The notes below the pieces were generated by a model. It had not been told where the DNA came from and did no database searches. It saw only the letters and a program-made list of their open reading frames with translations. Below are positions 17,399 to 27,823 of a stretch of 38,993 nucleotides of DNA, one piece after another; the first letter of the stretch is position 1, and each line of letters starts with the position of its first letter. Position numbers and translations under genes: made by a program. Origin of the DNA: a virus (Duplodnaviria; Caudoviricetes); IMG/VR virus record IMGVR_UViG_3300020045_013843, positions 1 to 38,993 of that record, one strand, 5' to 3'.

Positions 17399-19889
17399 TA
17401 CAAATGGGGCCCCAGGTCTCAAGCAGCTTGCTTCTCAATTCTCCCAGATGAATAAAGGAGTAAGAGATTTCAATTCCACCCTAGGGGGGTTAAAGAATGC
17501 CTTTATAGCTATTCAAGGATTCTCTCTTGCAGGTGTAGGACTAGGTCAATTAGTGGATGTAATGGATTCTATGCAAAAGCTAGGAGACCGTTTAAAACTC
17601 TCCGAAGGAAGTACCGAAGCCGCCACTCTTCAAATGAAAAAACTTGGAGATGTTGCCAATGAAACTAACTCAAACATAAGTGACATCGCTACAATCTACA
17701 ACCGATTAAGTCTCTCGCTTAGAGATGTCGGAGTTAACTCCGAAACCCTTTTAGATACCACTAAACTTCTTCAAAATACTTTTAGGATTTCAGGAGCTAC
17801 CGCTGCGGAGGCCACCGCTGCCACAATACAGCTTACCCAAGGTATGGCATCAGGACAAATTCGTGGACAGGAATTACGAAGCGTTTTAGAGCAGAACGCG
17901 GTAGTAGGGGATATTCTAGCGAAGCAAATGAAGACGACTAGAGGAGAGCTTTTAAAGTTTGCAGAAAAGGAAGGAGGAATTTCCGCAGCGGATTTTATGA
18001 AGGCACTTGCGAATAATATGGAGTCAGTAACAGAACAGGCCAATGTCTTGAAGCCTACGATAAGTGAAGCTTTGACAAAAAATTTCAATTCTCTAAAAAT
18101 AGAATTAGCCGAGCTAAATAAAGAGTTTGGGATTACAGATAAAGTAGTAAAGATTCTTAACTTCACCTTCGAGAACTTATTAATCCCTACTTTAGGGATA
18201 GTCGCTGGAATAGCAGGGTTTAAAGGATTAATGATGGTTGTAGGAGGAGTAACCTCCGCTTTCAGTACACTGGCAGAAGTAGGTGCCATTGTGGCATACA
18301 TCGGATTGCCTGCAATAGGTGCAGCTCTTTTACCTGTTATAGCTGGGGTAACTGCCCTTGTCGGGGGAATAATATTTCTAACGGATAGACTCGGAAACAG
18401 CGATGGAGTAGTAAGAACTTCTGCTAATGAATGGATAGAGTATGGAGATGCTGTAGAGGGCGTATCGGAAAGCAGCACTCTTAGCTTGCAAGCTCTTTCT
18501 AAACAGTCAGAGGAATTCGAGAAGTCTGCAAAATCTTTGTTCGATGAAATTAAAGGAGGAACTCCTTTATTGAGTCTTTTAGATGTAAGCTCTTTAGAAT
18601 CGCCTATGCAAAGAAGCGTTAGGCTAATGAAAGAATCCGCTGATAGACTAGCCTCCAATAAAGTAATAGCATTCGATTATTCCAAATCTTTGAAGTTTCT
18701 AAATAACTCTTTATTAGATAATACTCTTACCCAAGACCAATACAATAAAAAATTAAAGGAACTGAGTATCGAGAATGTCACTGACCAATTTAAAAAAGGT
18801 CAAATGGTGGCTTCTGAGTACTTTAAAAAATTAGATGAAATTAAAAACGGAAAAGCAATAAAGGCCACTAAAGATTTTGAAAGAAGTCTTGCTGAATTGA
18901 ACAAAGAATTTAACAAGGGAGAAATCTCTATTGAGAATTACGTTTCCCAATTCAACCAATTAGAAGTGGATAAAATTTCTGCTCAAATGGGAGAAGGAAA
19001 GAAGAACGTATTAGACTTCAATAAAGCATTACGAGAAAGAGATTTAAAAAACTTAAGTTCTGAATTAAGAATGGGAGCTATTTCCATTAGAGAATTCAAA
19101 TCGGCCACCGAAGAACTACAGCTTCAACAATTGAATGAAGACTTTAAGGCAAATCTAATTACTCTTTCCGAATATGATAAAAAATTCGTGGAAACTTCTT
19201 CTCACATAGGAAACTCAGTTTCAATTTGGAGATCTGGAATCCAGGACTACTTAACAACTAGTGGAACTTTTGCTCAGAATACTGCCAGATTGATTACTGA
19301 TACCTTCGTAAATTTAGAAGATGTCTTTTTGAATTTTATCAAAAAAGGTAAATTTGAGTTTGCAGAATTTACTCAGGCAATTTTAGACGACCTTACTAGA
19401 ATTATTGTTAGAGCAGCTATTATCCAGCCTCTTGCCCAGGGAATTTTAGGTTTCATGGGGCCTGCCCCTACCGACAAGGCAGGAGGAACTACAAGCATGA
19501 GTACGGACTACTTGAACATGAAGGCCAATGGAGGTGCTTTCAATCGAGGAGTAGAATTCTATGCTAATGGAGGAGTCTTTAATAGACCTACTCTCTTTAA
19601 ACATTCGGATGGAATTGGAGTACTGGGAGAGAAAGGTGCCGAGGCCATTATGCCCCTTGAAAGAGGAGCAGATGGGAAGCTAGGAGTAAAGTCTAGCGGA
19701 TCTAATGTGACCGTTAATATTATAAATCAAACTGGAAATTCAGAAGTAACTCAGACCGAATCTACTTCAAGTGATGGTTCTAAAACAATAGACATTTTGA
19801 TCCAGAATAAAGTACAAGAAGTTTTCGGAAAAGGGGCAATGGATAAAACCATGTCTCAATTATATGGTGTTAGACGTAGAGGTGCATAA
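17358..19889 (+). CDS. Tape measure protein
   Basis: QLTQGMASGQIRGQELRSVLEQ tape-measure domain, hydrophobic middle section and C-terminal ANGG...GEKGAEAIMPL. Confidence 0.95.
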   Translation: MAPKEVREILVKVDTNGAPGLKQLASQFSQMNKGVRDFNSTLGGLKNAFIAIQGFSLAGVGLGQLVDVMDSMQKLGDRLKLSEGSTEAATLQMKKLGDVANETNSNISDIATIYNRLSLSLRDVGVNSETLLDTTKLLQNTFRISGATAAEATAATIQLTQGMASGQIRGQELRSVLEQNAVVGDILAKQMKTTRGELLKFAEKEGGISAADFMKALANNMESVTEQANVLKPTISEALTKNFNSLKIELAELNKEFGITDKVVKILNFTFENLLIPTLGIVAGIAGFKGLMMVVGGVTSAFSTLAEVGAIVAYIGLPAIGAALLPVIAGVTALVGGIIFLTDRLGNSDGVVRTSANEWIEYGDAVEGVSESSTLSLQALSKQSEEFEKSAKSLFDEIKGGTPLLSLLDVSSLESPMQRSVRLMKESADRLASNKVIAFDYSKSLKFLNNSLLDNTLTQDQYNKKLKELSIENVTDQFKKGQMVASEYFKKLDEIKNGKAIKATKDFERSLAELNKEFNKGEISIENYVSQFNQLEVDKISAQMGEGKKNVLDFNKALRERDLKNLSSELRMGAISIREFKSATEELQLQQLNEDFKANLITLSEYDKKFVETSSHIGNSVSIWRSGIQDYLTTSGTFAQNTARLITDTFVNLEDVFLNFIKKGKFEFAEFTQAILDDLTRIIVRAAIIQPLAQGILGFMGPAPTDKAGGTTSMSTDYLNMKANGGAFNRGVEFYANGGVFNRPTLFKHSDGIGVLGEKGAEAIMPLERGADGKLGVKSSGSNVTVNIINQTGNSEVTQTESTSSDGSKTIDILIQNKVQEVFGKGAMDKTMSQLYGVRRRGA

Positions 19890-20245
19890 TGGCCCAAGCA
19901 TGGCCCGTTTCATTACAGCAAGTTTTAAATAGGGACAGTTTCGCAATATCTTCTGCGGAAACTATTCTAAAGTCGGACATGGAGACCGGGGCCCCTAAGA
20001 GAAGAAGAAGATTTACTAAGGGAGTAAAGGATCTTACTTGCTCCATTCTAGTAAATGGAGCCGGATATTCCACCTTAGACACTTTTTACACAACTACCCT
20101 TAATGGTGGAATTGATTCCTTCGAATTCATTCATCCAATTACAAGTGTACTTACCTTATACAAGTTTAATGGTCCTCCAAAATTCACTCCAGTAGGTTTT
20201 GACTCTTATAATGTTTCCATGGTCTGGGAGGAACAAATAGCATGA
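19889..20245 (+). CDS. Distal tail protein (lambda gpM-like)
   Basis: WP...DMETGAPKRRRRFT...FY..TLNGG..SFEFIHP; follows the tape measure. Confidence 0.8.
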   Translation: MAQAWPVSLQQVLNRDSFAISSAETILKSDMETGAPKRRRRFTKGVKDLTCSILVNGAGYSTLDTFYTTTLNGGIDSFEFIHPITSVLTLYKFNGPPKFTPVGFDSYNVSMVWEEQIA

Positions 20246-20712
20246 GTAATGATTTAACACCTGCTTTATTGGTCCAGCTTTATGGACAGGATTCATCTGA
20301 CCCATTTTTGATGTTGGTAACTTTATCTCATACTTCTTTTGGGAATATTTGTTTAGTAAATAACTCTGAGAATATAACTAGCAATAGTATAATATACACC
20401 GCTTTTCCTATGTCTATTATTTTACCTGCTGATGATGGGGAAAAATCTAGAGAAGTTTCCATAGAATTTGATAACGTATCTTTAGAATTAGTTAATGAAA
20501 TCAGGACTGTAACGACACCTATAAATATTAAAGTAGATATGGTGTTAGCTTCTAATCCAAATATAGTTCAAATATCCCTAGATGATCTAAAAGTAAAAAA
20601 TATTACCTATGATAAGTCCAGAATTAGAGCAAAAATTATCATGGATGATTTCCTTTCAGTAGAACTCACTTCGGAGAAATACAATCCCTCCAACTTCCCA
20701 GGTCTCTTCTAA
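20242..20712 (+). CDS. Tail tip protein, DUF1833-like
   Basis: LVTLSH, YTAFPMSIILP, IEFDNVS and YNPSNFPGLF motifs. Confidence 0.8.
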   Translation: MSNDLTPALLVQLYGQDSSDPFLMLVTLSHTSFGNICLVNNSENITSNSIIYTAFPMSIILPADDGEKSREVSIEFDNVSLELVNEIRTVTTPINIKVDMVLASNPNIVQISLDDLKVKNITYDKSRIRAKIIMDDFLSVELTSEKYNPSNFPGLF

Positions 20713-21077
20713 TGCTTCCGGCCTACAGTAAATTGATAGGCACTCCCTATTCAGATTTAGATTGTTGGGGAGTAGCTAGGGAATTCTATAGGCTAGTTTT
20801 TGGAATCGAGCTGAAAAGGTACTTCGAGGGAGAGACTCCAAGTAGGGATACAACCGAAAATTTAATTTTCTCCAACCGGGGGGACTTTTTAGAGGTAGAG
20901 AAACCTAGATTCGGAGATATTATTTTGATAAAATTACTCGGAATTGAGTGTCATATTGCCATTTATTTAGACGCTACATCAATACTTCATACGCAGAATA
21001 AAGTAGGATGCATGATAGACAGGTTTTCTAGATGGGAAAAAAGAACTTCAGGGTTCTATAGGATAGCGAATGATTAA
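20712..21077 (+). CDS. NlpC/P60 tail protein (gpK-like)
   Basis: IGTPY, DCWG, GDII, HIAIY and ILH motifs. Confidence 0.88.
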   Translation: MLPAYSKLIGTPYSDLDCWGVAREFYRLVFGIELKRYFEGETPSRDTTENLIFSNRGDFLEVEKPRFGDIILIKLLGIECHIAIYLDATSILHTQNKVGCMIDRFSRWEKRTSGFYRIAND

Positions 21078-24000
21078 ACTGAGATTAAATTCAATAGCTG
21101 GAAGTAGCGAAACTTTACCTTTTGTTCCTGGAGAAAGAATCGAGGATGTAGTTATCCGCGCCCTAGAGGGGAAAGGATACCCTACCGAGGGGAATTTTGT
21201 AGACTCCTTCATTGTTATCCTAGAAGGAAAAAAGATTGATAGGGAATTCTGGAGAGTAATTTCAGTAAAAGAAAATGACAACATTCTAATAGCCCCCAAT
21301 CTTATGAGCGGAGATACAGGTCAGATATTCCGACAAGTGGCCACTATAGCAATAGTAATAGCTGCCTCCTCTGCCCTTGGTCCGGGGGGACTAGGACTTA
21401 CTGGATTTAGTCTAGGATTCGCGGTAGCAGGAGTTTCGGTAGCCACCGGATTAGTTTTAAATGCTCTTATCCCTCCTGCCTCTTTAGACCAAGCAGGCTT
21501 CGGAGATATTGCTACTGGAGGCTATACTGGCTCCCAGATGTTCAATGTCACCGCCCAAGGAAATACTGCCAAGAGATATGGAAATGTTCCGAAGGTTTAT
21601 GGAACGTATCGATTATTCCCTTCAGTAGCGGCCAATGCATATACTGAGATTGAAGCAGATCCCGAGACAGGAGCATTAGTTCAATTTTTTTATTGTATCT
21701 ATGATTTCGGATTAGGTCCTTGCATGATTTCCGACTTACAAATAGGAGAAACTCCTATCGGAAATTTCGGAGAAACTACTAATCCTAATTCTGATCTTCA
21801 TTATAGATTAGTAGATTTAAATAAGCCGGTAGTTTCCGAAGGAGTTTGGGACGACCTTATTCACAACTCTTTCACAATGTACAAAGGAGATGTTGAAACT
21901 GATGCCTCTCCGATTACGTTAAACGTAAATTCTACCGATTCCGGGGCCTTTGAGTCTGACTACAAGGTAATTAGGAATGCCTCCTCTAGTGTTAATGGAA
22001 GCTCTCAAGAAATCTCCTTAGATTTTATTAACCCTAGGGGGTTAATTTCTTTTGGAACCAATGGGGATACCGCAGGGGCCAGGATAGAATTAGAAATAAA
22101 ATTTTCAAAAGTGGGGGAGGATAACTGGGTATCCTATAATGACCCCTCCTACGTTTCCTATTTTAAAACTGTAGGTGGAAAAACTGAGTATGAGGAAGTA
22201 ACCCTAGTCCCTCATCCGTTTAGTGTTTCGGTATATCCCCAAATAGCAGAGATAAGTAATCTGACAACTCTAAACTTAGCAAGAGTATTTACTAATACAG
22301 TCACCTCTAGTTTTGGAGTGGCATCAGGTTCTACAATTATTCTAAGCGATGGAGTAGAAACTCTAATAGATGAAGACGAAATTGAGTATGATGTTGAGTA
22401 TGCTATTCCAGGAGATACAATCTTTTTTAATGGAGACATTCTTGGAAAGATTGTAACCAAAGCTCCCCATGCTACTCCTGGGTATTCCATTTACACTCTA
22501 GAATTCCCGATCCCTACTCCTCTAGATTTATATACGGCAACCTCTATAAATGCTGCTCCTTACTCTAATTCAATTCCTACAAATAAATCTATCCTTAGTA
22601 AAAAATTAACTTTCGGAAAAGCCATTATCGAAAGAAAAAATACTGAAGCGGTGTATTCTACCTTTAAATTTAAGCCTAGAGAAATTGCCCAATTTAAAGT
22701 TAGAGTAACTAGAGTAACTTCTAGTTCTCCTCTTACTTATCAGGTTAGAACTGAATTAACACTGGCTTCCCTGGCCACTAGGTTCGACAGATCCCCGATT
22801 ATAACCGATAAACGACACGTATTTTTAGAGTTAAAAATAAGAGCGACCAATCAGCTCAATGGGGCAATTCAAAACCTATCTGGAGTAGTTTCCTCTGTAC
22901 TTGACGTTTATGATACAGGAACTCAAACATGGTCAAAGGAAGTTACTAGTAACCCTGCTTGGGTATTATGTGACCTGCTCACAGGGCCAGTTAATAGAAA
23001 GGCAATAGATAAATCTAAATTGCATCTCCCCTCTATTTCGGAGTGGGCAGAATTTTGTGATGAAATTCCTACATCTCCTCCAGGCTTTACTTATGTAGAC
23101 CCTAGATTCTCTATGAACTTTGTATTAGATTTCTCCACCACTCTCCAACAATTGTTAAGTAGCGTGGGAAGTGCCTCTCAAGCAAGTATGAACATAATCG
23201 ATGGGAAATACGGAGTCCTGATTGATAAGCTTAGAACAGTACCAGTACAGATATTTACTCCTAGAAATTCTTGGGGATTCTTTTCTTCTAGACAATATCT
23301 AGAACCTCCCCATGGAATGCAAGTAAAATACACTGACCCTGCTGGAAAATGGCAACAAAACCAGAAGACAGTTTACACAGGAACTTATGATGAAACTACA
23401 GCGAGTGTGTTCGAGGAAATAAATACCTTCGGATGTACAAATGCAGATCAAGCATGGAGATTCGGTAGGTATATGATTGCCCAGGCCACTTTGAGACAAG
23501 AGATAATTTCTCTCAACGTGGACTTTGAATACTTAGTTTGTACAAGAGGAGATTTTGTACAGATTACTCAAGATGTAATGAAGGCAGGAGGACGACCTGC
23601 TAGGGTAATTTCATTATCTGGAAACACTATTAAGATAGATGACGGTATCGATACTGATAATTTATTATCCTACGGGTATGTTTTTAGAAGCGTAACTGGA
23701 ATTTATACCAACACTCTTACTGTAGTAGATAGCTCTCACTTCACCCTTGATGGAACTCTTCCTTCTCCTGGGGATTTAATTATAATCGGAGAAGTTGGAA
23801 GTGTAGTTTTAGATTGTATTGTTAAATCCATCCATCCTTCATCTGACCTTACAGCACAAATTACCCTTGTTGAAAAAGCAGATGCAATTTACTCCGTAGA
23901 ATCTACTGGAGTAATTCCAGAATATCTTCCAATTCTCAGCCTTACTCAGGATTCAACTAATACTGCCCCTGGGGAAGTACAAAATTTAGAGATAGTAGAC

Positions 24001-25368
24001 AATACTTGGAGATTTACTGGAAGTGGGTACGAGTACTACATAACTTTAGATTGGGATGTTCCGGTAGGTTCTGCGTATGAAACTTTTGAAATTTACGTTG
24101 ATAGAGGATTAGGGTACGGACTTTATGACTTTACCTCTGAGACCTTTTTCAAATATATTGTTAATGAAGACTTCCTAAACGTAAATCACAAATTTAAAGT
24201 CCTTGCTGTTTCCTCCACAGGAAAGAAATTGGAGCTAGGTTCGGTGGGATTTGTAGCAGCAATTCCTCTGGCCAAAACTGCCCCTCCTTCGGATGTTACG
24301 GCCCTTTATATAAATGTGACGGGAGAAGTACTTCAATTAGACTGGCCTTTGGTGCCTGATGTAGACATAGAGGAATATCTTATTAGGTACAGCCCTCTTT
24401 CTACTTCCACATGGGAGACATCTGTTCCTCTTTTAAAAGCAGCAAGGAATCAAAGTATAGTTTCGGTACAGGCCCGAACTGGAAGCTACCTAATAAAGGC
24501 AATAGACTTCGCTGGAAATGAATCTTTATCGTATGCTCTCTCATATACTTCCATCCCAGAACTTTTAAAACTAAATGTAATAGCAGAAATTAATGACTTC
24601 CCTACGCTACCGGGTTCCACAGATAGAGTAGTAAAAGTGGGAGATGCTTTAGTTCTTCAAGAAGAAGTAGCAGGAGGGCCGGGAGTATCTCAGTACTACT
24701 CGGAGGGGTATTACTATTTCGAGAATCTCCTGGACTTAGGAGATATATTTACGGTCAGATTGCAAGCTAAAATTGAAGCCGAGGGATATACTTTAGACGA
24801 TTTAATGTCTAGCTGGGTTACTTTATCCTCGGTAGCGGCCCTTTCCAGTAGTAAGTTTTCTGAGTGGGATGTTGAGCTTCAATACAGAGGAACTAGTCAA
24901 TATATCACAATGGATACTTGGACTACTCTAGACTCAGTGACCACTTTAAATTCAGGAGTAGAGGATAATTGGAGTCCATGGAGAAAGCTAACCAATACTG
25001 GAGATTTTACGGCCAGAATTTTCCAATTCCGATTGAAATTGATTAGTAATAAAGTAAGCGTTTCCCCTAAAGTAATCTCGGCAATCGTAAAAGCGGATAT
25101 GCCGGATCGCGTCGATGTCTATAATAATCTCACTTCCCTAATTAGCGGAAGTACAATTACATATTCCAAGCCTTTCAAGGGACCGGGGACATCTCCGAGT
25201 ATCCAAATTACCTCGGAAAATATGGTCAGTGGGGATTACTATGTGATTAGTAGCAAAACACTTTCGGGTTTCAATATAATATTCTATGATAGCACTGACA
25301 CAGCAGTAGTTAGGCAGTTTGATGTTGGGGTATCTGGTTTTGGTGCTAAATCGGCCAATACTTTATAA
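21070..25368 (+). CDS. Central tail tip / host specificity protein (gpJ-like, with gpI-like N-terminus)
   Basis: VPKVYG, SNPAW, RGD and FN3-like segments; N-terminal ubiquitin-like region plus a Gly/Ala hydrophobic stretch. Confidence 0.92.
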   Translation: MIKLRLNSIAGSSETLPFVPGERIEDVVIRALEGKGYPTEGNFVDSFIVILEGKKIDREFWRVISVKENDNILIAPNLMSGDTGQIFRQVATIAIVIAASSALGPGGLGLTGFSLGFAVAGVSVATGLVLNALIPPASLDQAGFGDIATGGYTGSQMFNVTAQGNTAKRYGNVPKVYGTYRLFPSVAANAYTEIEADPETGALVQFFYCIYDFGLGPCMISDLQIGETPIGNFGETTNPNSDLHYRLVDLNKPVVSEGVWDDLIHNSFTMYKGDVETDASPITLNVNSTDSGAFESDYKVIRNASSSVNGSSQEISLDFINPRGLISFGTNGDTAGARIELEIKFSKVGEDNWVSYNDPSYVSYFKTVGGKTEYEEVTLVPHPFSVSVYPQIAEISNLTTLNLARVFTNTVTSSFGVASGSTIILSDGVETLIDEDEIEYDVEYAIPGDTIFFNGDILGKIVTKAPHATPGYSIYTLEFPIPTPLDLYTATSINAAPYSNSIPTNKSILSKKLTFGKAIIERKNTEAVYSTFKFKPREIAQFKVRVTRVTSSSPLTYQVRTELTLASLATRFDRSPIITDKRHVFLELKIRATNQLNGAIQNLSGVVSSVLDVYDTGTQTWSKEVTSNPAWVLCDLLTGPVNRKAIDKSKLHLPSISEWAEFCDEIPTSPPGFTYVDPRFSMNFVLDFSTTLQQLLSSVGSASQASMNIIDGKYGVLIDKLRTVPVQIFTPRNSWGFFSSRQYLEPPHGMQVKYTDPAGKWQQNQKTVYTGTYDETTASVFEEINTFGCTNADQAWRFGRYMIAQATLRQEIISLNVDFEYLVCTRGDFVQITQDVMKAGGRPARVISLSGNTIKIDDGIDTDNLLSYGYVFRSVTGIYTNTLTVVDSSHFTLDGTLPSPGDLIIIGEVGSVVLDCIVKSIHPSSDLTAQITLVEKADAIYSVESTGVIPEYLPILSLTQDSTNTAPGEVQNLEIVDNTWRFTGSGYEYYITLDWDVPVGSAYETFEIYVDRGLGYGLYDFTSETFFKYIVNEDFLNVNHKFKVLAVSSTGKKLELGSVGFVAAIPLAKTAPPSDVTALYINVTGEVLQLDWPLVPDVDIEEYLIRYSPLSTSTWETSVPLLKAARNQSIVSVQARTGSYLIKAIDFAGNESLSYALSYTSIPELLKLNVIAEINDFPTLPGSTDRVVKVGDALVLQEEVAGGPGVSQYYSEGYYYFENLLDLGDIFTVRLQAKIEAEGYTLDDLMSSWVTLSSVAALSSSKFSEWDVELQYRGTSQYITMDTWTTLDSVTTLNSGVEDNWSPWRKLTNTGDFTARIFQFRLKLISNKVSVSPKVISAIVKADMPDRVDVYNNLTSLISGSTITYSKPFKGPGTSPSIQITSENMVSGDYYVISSKTLSGFNIIFYDSTDTAVVRQFDVGVSGFGAKSANTL

Positions 25369-25395
25369 GAATAAGATTAATAATGGGGGTATCCT

Positions 25396-26640
25396 TTGAG
25401 TCAAAATGTTTGGTCTACGATAAACGCCGCTACGACTAGTGGAACGCAACTAGCTTCTTTGCTGAATGATTTTAAAGTCGCTTTAATGAGCGGATTGAAA
25501 GGCCCTTCTCGTCCTGCTCAATTAGTTTCATCTGGCTTATGGGTGGATGATGCTTTGGAGAGTGGAAGCAATCTATTAACTTTAAAATTGTATGATGGAG
25601 TTCAAGACATAAACTTGCTTACAATCAATAAGGCCACTGGGACAGCCTCTATCTCCTCTTCAGAAAGTCAGTTTGAAATTCTAAGAACTAGTGATGACAC
25701 CGTAGGGGCCAAGCTACGTTTAAAGAAAAAAAGAACAACTGGAAATCAAGCAAAAGATGGAGATACCCTTGGGGAAGTATTATTCTACGGGGTCAGAGAT
25801 GATTCTGGAGAAGCATTACAGGCCCGGATTTATTCCGTATCCTCCGATGACGTAACAGCACTGGCCCAAGGTGCCTATATGGCATTTGAAATTACAGAGG
25901 ACTCTACTGCCGCTGCTGTAGAAATAATGAGACTTATAAATAATAAGGTAGGTATTGGACTAACTGCTCCAGAAGAAACTCTCCATGTAAAAGGAACTGC
26001 AATCAAGAGTGAGAAAGTTTCAGACGATGCGGTAGCAGCTAAATTTAAACTTCATAAGAAAAGAATTACTGGAAGCGGTGGAGTACAAAGTTTAGATTCC
26101 GTAGGAGAAATCGGATTTTTCTCTAAAACGTCTACTAGTGCAGATATTGAAGTGGCAAGGTGTGAAGTTACCGCTACTGAGGCCCATACATCTTCTGCTC
26201 AAGGATCTAACTGGCTCCTAAAAACTAAAAATAATGGATCTACCGCTTTTACAACAAAGATTACAGTTAATACCGCTGGGGTAAGTATTCCTGAATTGCT
26301 CCCTGGAAGTGGAGGAGGTGGAACTTTCTCTGCTGTACAGAACATAACTGCTGGAGGAACAATTACTCCAGGGTCAGGAGCTCAACAAATTCTTTTAGTT
26401 CAAGGAAGCGGTGGCCCTCAGGATGCCCACATAGTTCCTTTCTCTTCTACCCCTACTGATGGAACTATTTTAATTTTGATTGGACAAGATGATTCTAAAA
26501 TACTAACAATATTCCACAATGATGCTGCTGGGGGATGTCTTTTAAAAGGAGATTGCTACCTAGGAAAAGATGATACCCTGATGCTTGTTAGAAATAATAC
26601 CACGGGAAGATACAACGAATTAAATAGGAGTGTTCATTAA
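25396..26640 (+). CDS. Tail fibre protein with internal duplicated module
   Basis: TTG start with GGGGG SD. N-terminal TSGTQLASLLND...RP...GLWVDD anchor, KVGIGLTAPEETLHV, and two SDDxVxAKxxLxKKR..G...DxxGE modules. Confidence 0.75.
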   Translation: MSQNVWSTINAATTSGTQLASLLNDFKVALMSGLKGPSRPAQLVSSGLWVDDALESGSNLLTLKLYDGVQDINLLTINKATGTASISSSESQFEILRTSDDTVGAKLRLKKKRTTGNQAKDGDTLGEVLFYGVRDDSGEALQARIYSVSSDDVTALAQGAYMAFEITEDSTAAAVEIMRLINNKVGIGLTAPEETLHVKGTAIKSEKVSDDAVAAKFKLHKKRITGSGGVQSLDSVGEIGFFSKTSTSADIEVARCEVTATEAHTSSAQGSNWLLKTKNNGSTAFTTKITVNTAGVSIPELLPGSGGGGTFSAVQNITAGGTITPGSGAQQILLVQGSGGPQDAHIVPFSSTPTDGTILILIGQDDSKILTIFHNDAAGGCLLKGDCYLGKDDTLMLVRNNTTGRYNELNRSVH

Positions 26641-27815
26641 TGAAAAAATTTATAATTATTGGGGTGAGTATTTTTGCCTCGGTTTTGTTCGCAGTAACTG
26701 AAAACACGGGAAGATTTGATAATATCAATACAAATAATCCCGCAAAAATCACTTTGGATTTAAAGAAAAATGTCGATATTCAAACTACTGGGGGTTTATA
26801 TCTTCCATTAGGGACTACAGGCCAGCAGCCATCCCCAACTAAAGCAGGAATGCTCCGATATAATTCTACGACCATCTCCCCAGAAATTTATAACGGTTCC
26901 ACTTGGTCAGATATTAGAGTAGGGAATTTAACAGGCCCAATTACATCTGTGGGCAATGCAACATCCGTAGCTTCACAGACAGGAACAGGTTCTACTTTTG
27001 TAATGAATACCTCTCCAACTCTTATTACTCCTGCACTGGGAACTCCTTCAGCTTTAGTAGGAACAAATATTACTGGTACGGCATCAGGATTGACCGCAGG
27101 TAGCGTTACTACAAATGCAAACCTAACTGGGGCCGTTACGTCAGTAGGAAATGCAGCCTCACTCGGCTCTTTTACTTCGGCGAATCTTCTAGGAGCATTA
27201 ACCAATGAAACTGGCTCAGGAAGTGCAGTTTTTGCAACTTCTCCAACCTTAGTAACGCCAGTTCTAGGCGTTGCCAGTGCAACATCTTTAGCAATAGGTG
27301 GGGCCATTAATGCCAATGCTGTTCTAGATGTTCAATCGACAACCAAAGCTTTTATGCCGCCAAGAATGACGACTGCCCAGAAGAACGCAATAGCCACGCC
27401 AACGGCAGGGATGGTTGTTTTTGATACAACTCTTGGTGTAGTAGCGGCCTATAGTGGATCAGCATGGGTAACGTCAACAGTAGCAGCATCAACGCTAACC
27501 ACTCCTGGTGCTACAAGCCCAGTAGTGTACTCAGCACAAATATCAGACGACCCCGGAACAGTCTCAAATGAGATTGGGAATTTTATTACGGGTAACTGCA
27601 CCTATGCCACCAATCGGTACACTTGCACACTGACAACAACACATTCGGCAAAGTTAAATTGCTCATGCTCAAACGCCGATCCGGCACAGTCTGCGAATAT
27701 TTCTTGCGGTTACGATTACGCAAACTCTAGCACTTCAGAAATAAGATTTTGGACATCGGCAAATGCAATATTATCAGCAAGAACAGTGTCAGTCGTTTGT
27801 CATGGAATTCTATAG
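26640..27815 (+). CDS. Fibre/adhesin-like protein with Sec-like signal peptide and Cys-rich tip
   Basis: MKK-FIIIGVSIFASVLFA N-terminus; fibre modules LPLGTT..QP...GMLRYN, PPRMTTAQ...GMVVFD and TSPTLxTPxLG; six Cys in the last ~75 aa. Confidence 0.75.
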   Translation: MKKFIIIGVSIFASVLFAVTENTGRFDNINTNNPAKITLDLKKNVDIQTTGGLYLPLGTTGQQPSPTKAGMLRYNSTTISPEIYNGSTWSDIRVGNLTGPITSVGNATSVASQTGTGSTFVMNTSPTLITPALGTPSALVGTNITGTASGLTAGSVTTNANLTGAVTSVGNAASLGSFTSANLLGALTNETGSGSAVFATSPTLVTPVLGVASATSLAIGGAINANAVLDVQSTTKAFMPPRMTTAQKNAIATPTAGMVVFDTTLGVVAAYSGSAWVTSTVAASTLTTPGATSPVVYSAQISDDPGTVSNEIGNFITGNCTYATNRYTCTLTTTHSAKLNCSCSNADPAQSANISCGYDYANSSTSEIRFWTSANAILSARTVSVVCHGIL

Positions 27816-27823
27816 GGGGAATT

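Noticed and set aside
17771-18658. 295-aa antisense ORF, and similar antisense ORFs such as 15571..15936, 26888..27316, 38491..38871 and 38640..38939
   Set aside because: Shadow frames of well-supported genes on the opposite strand, with no motifs or SD.
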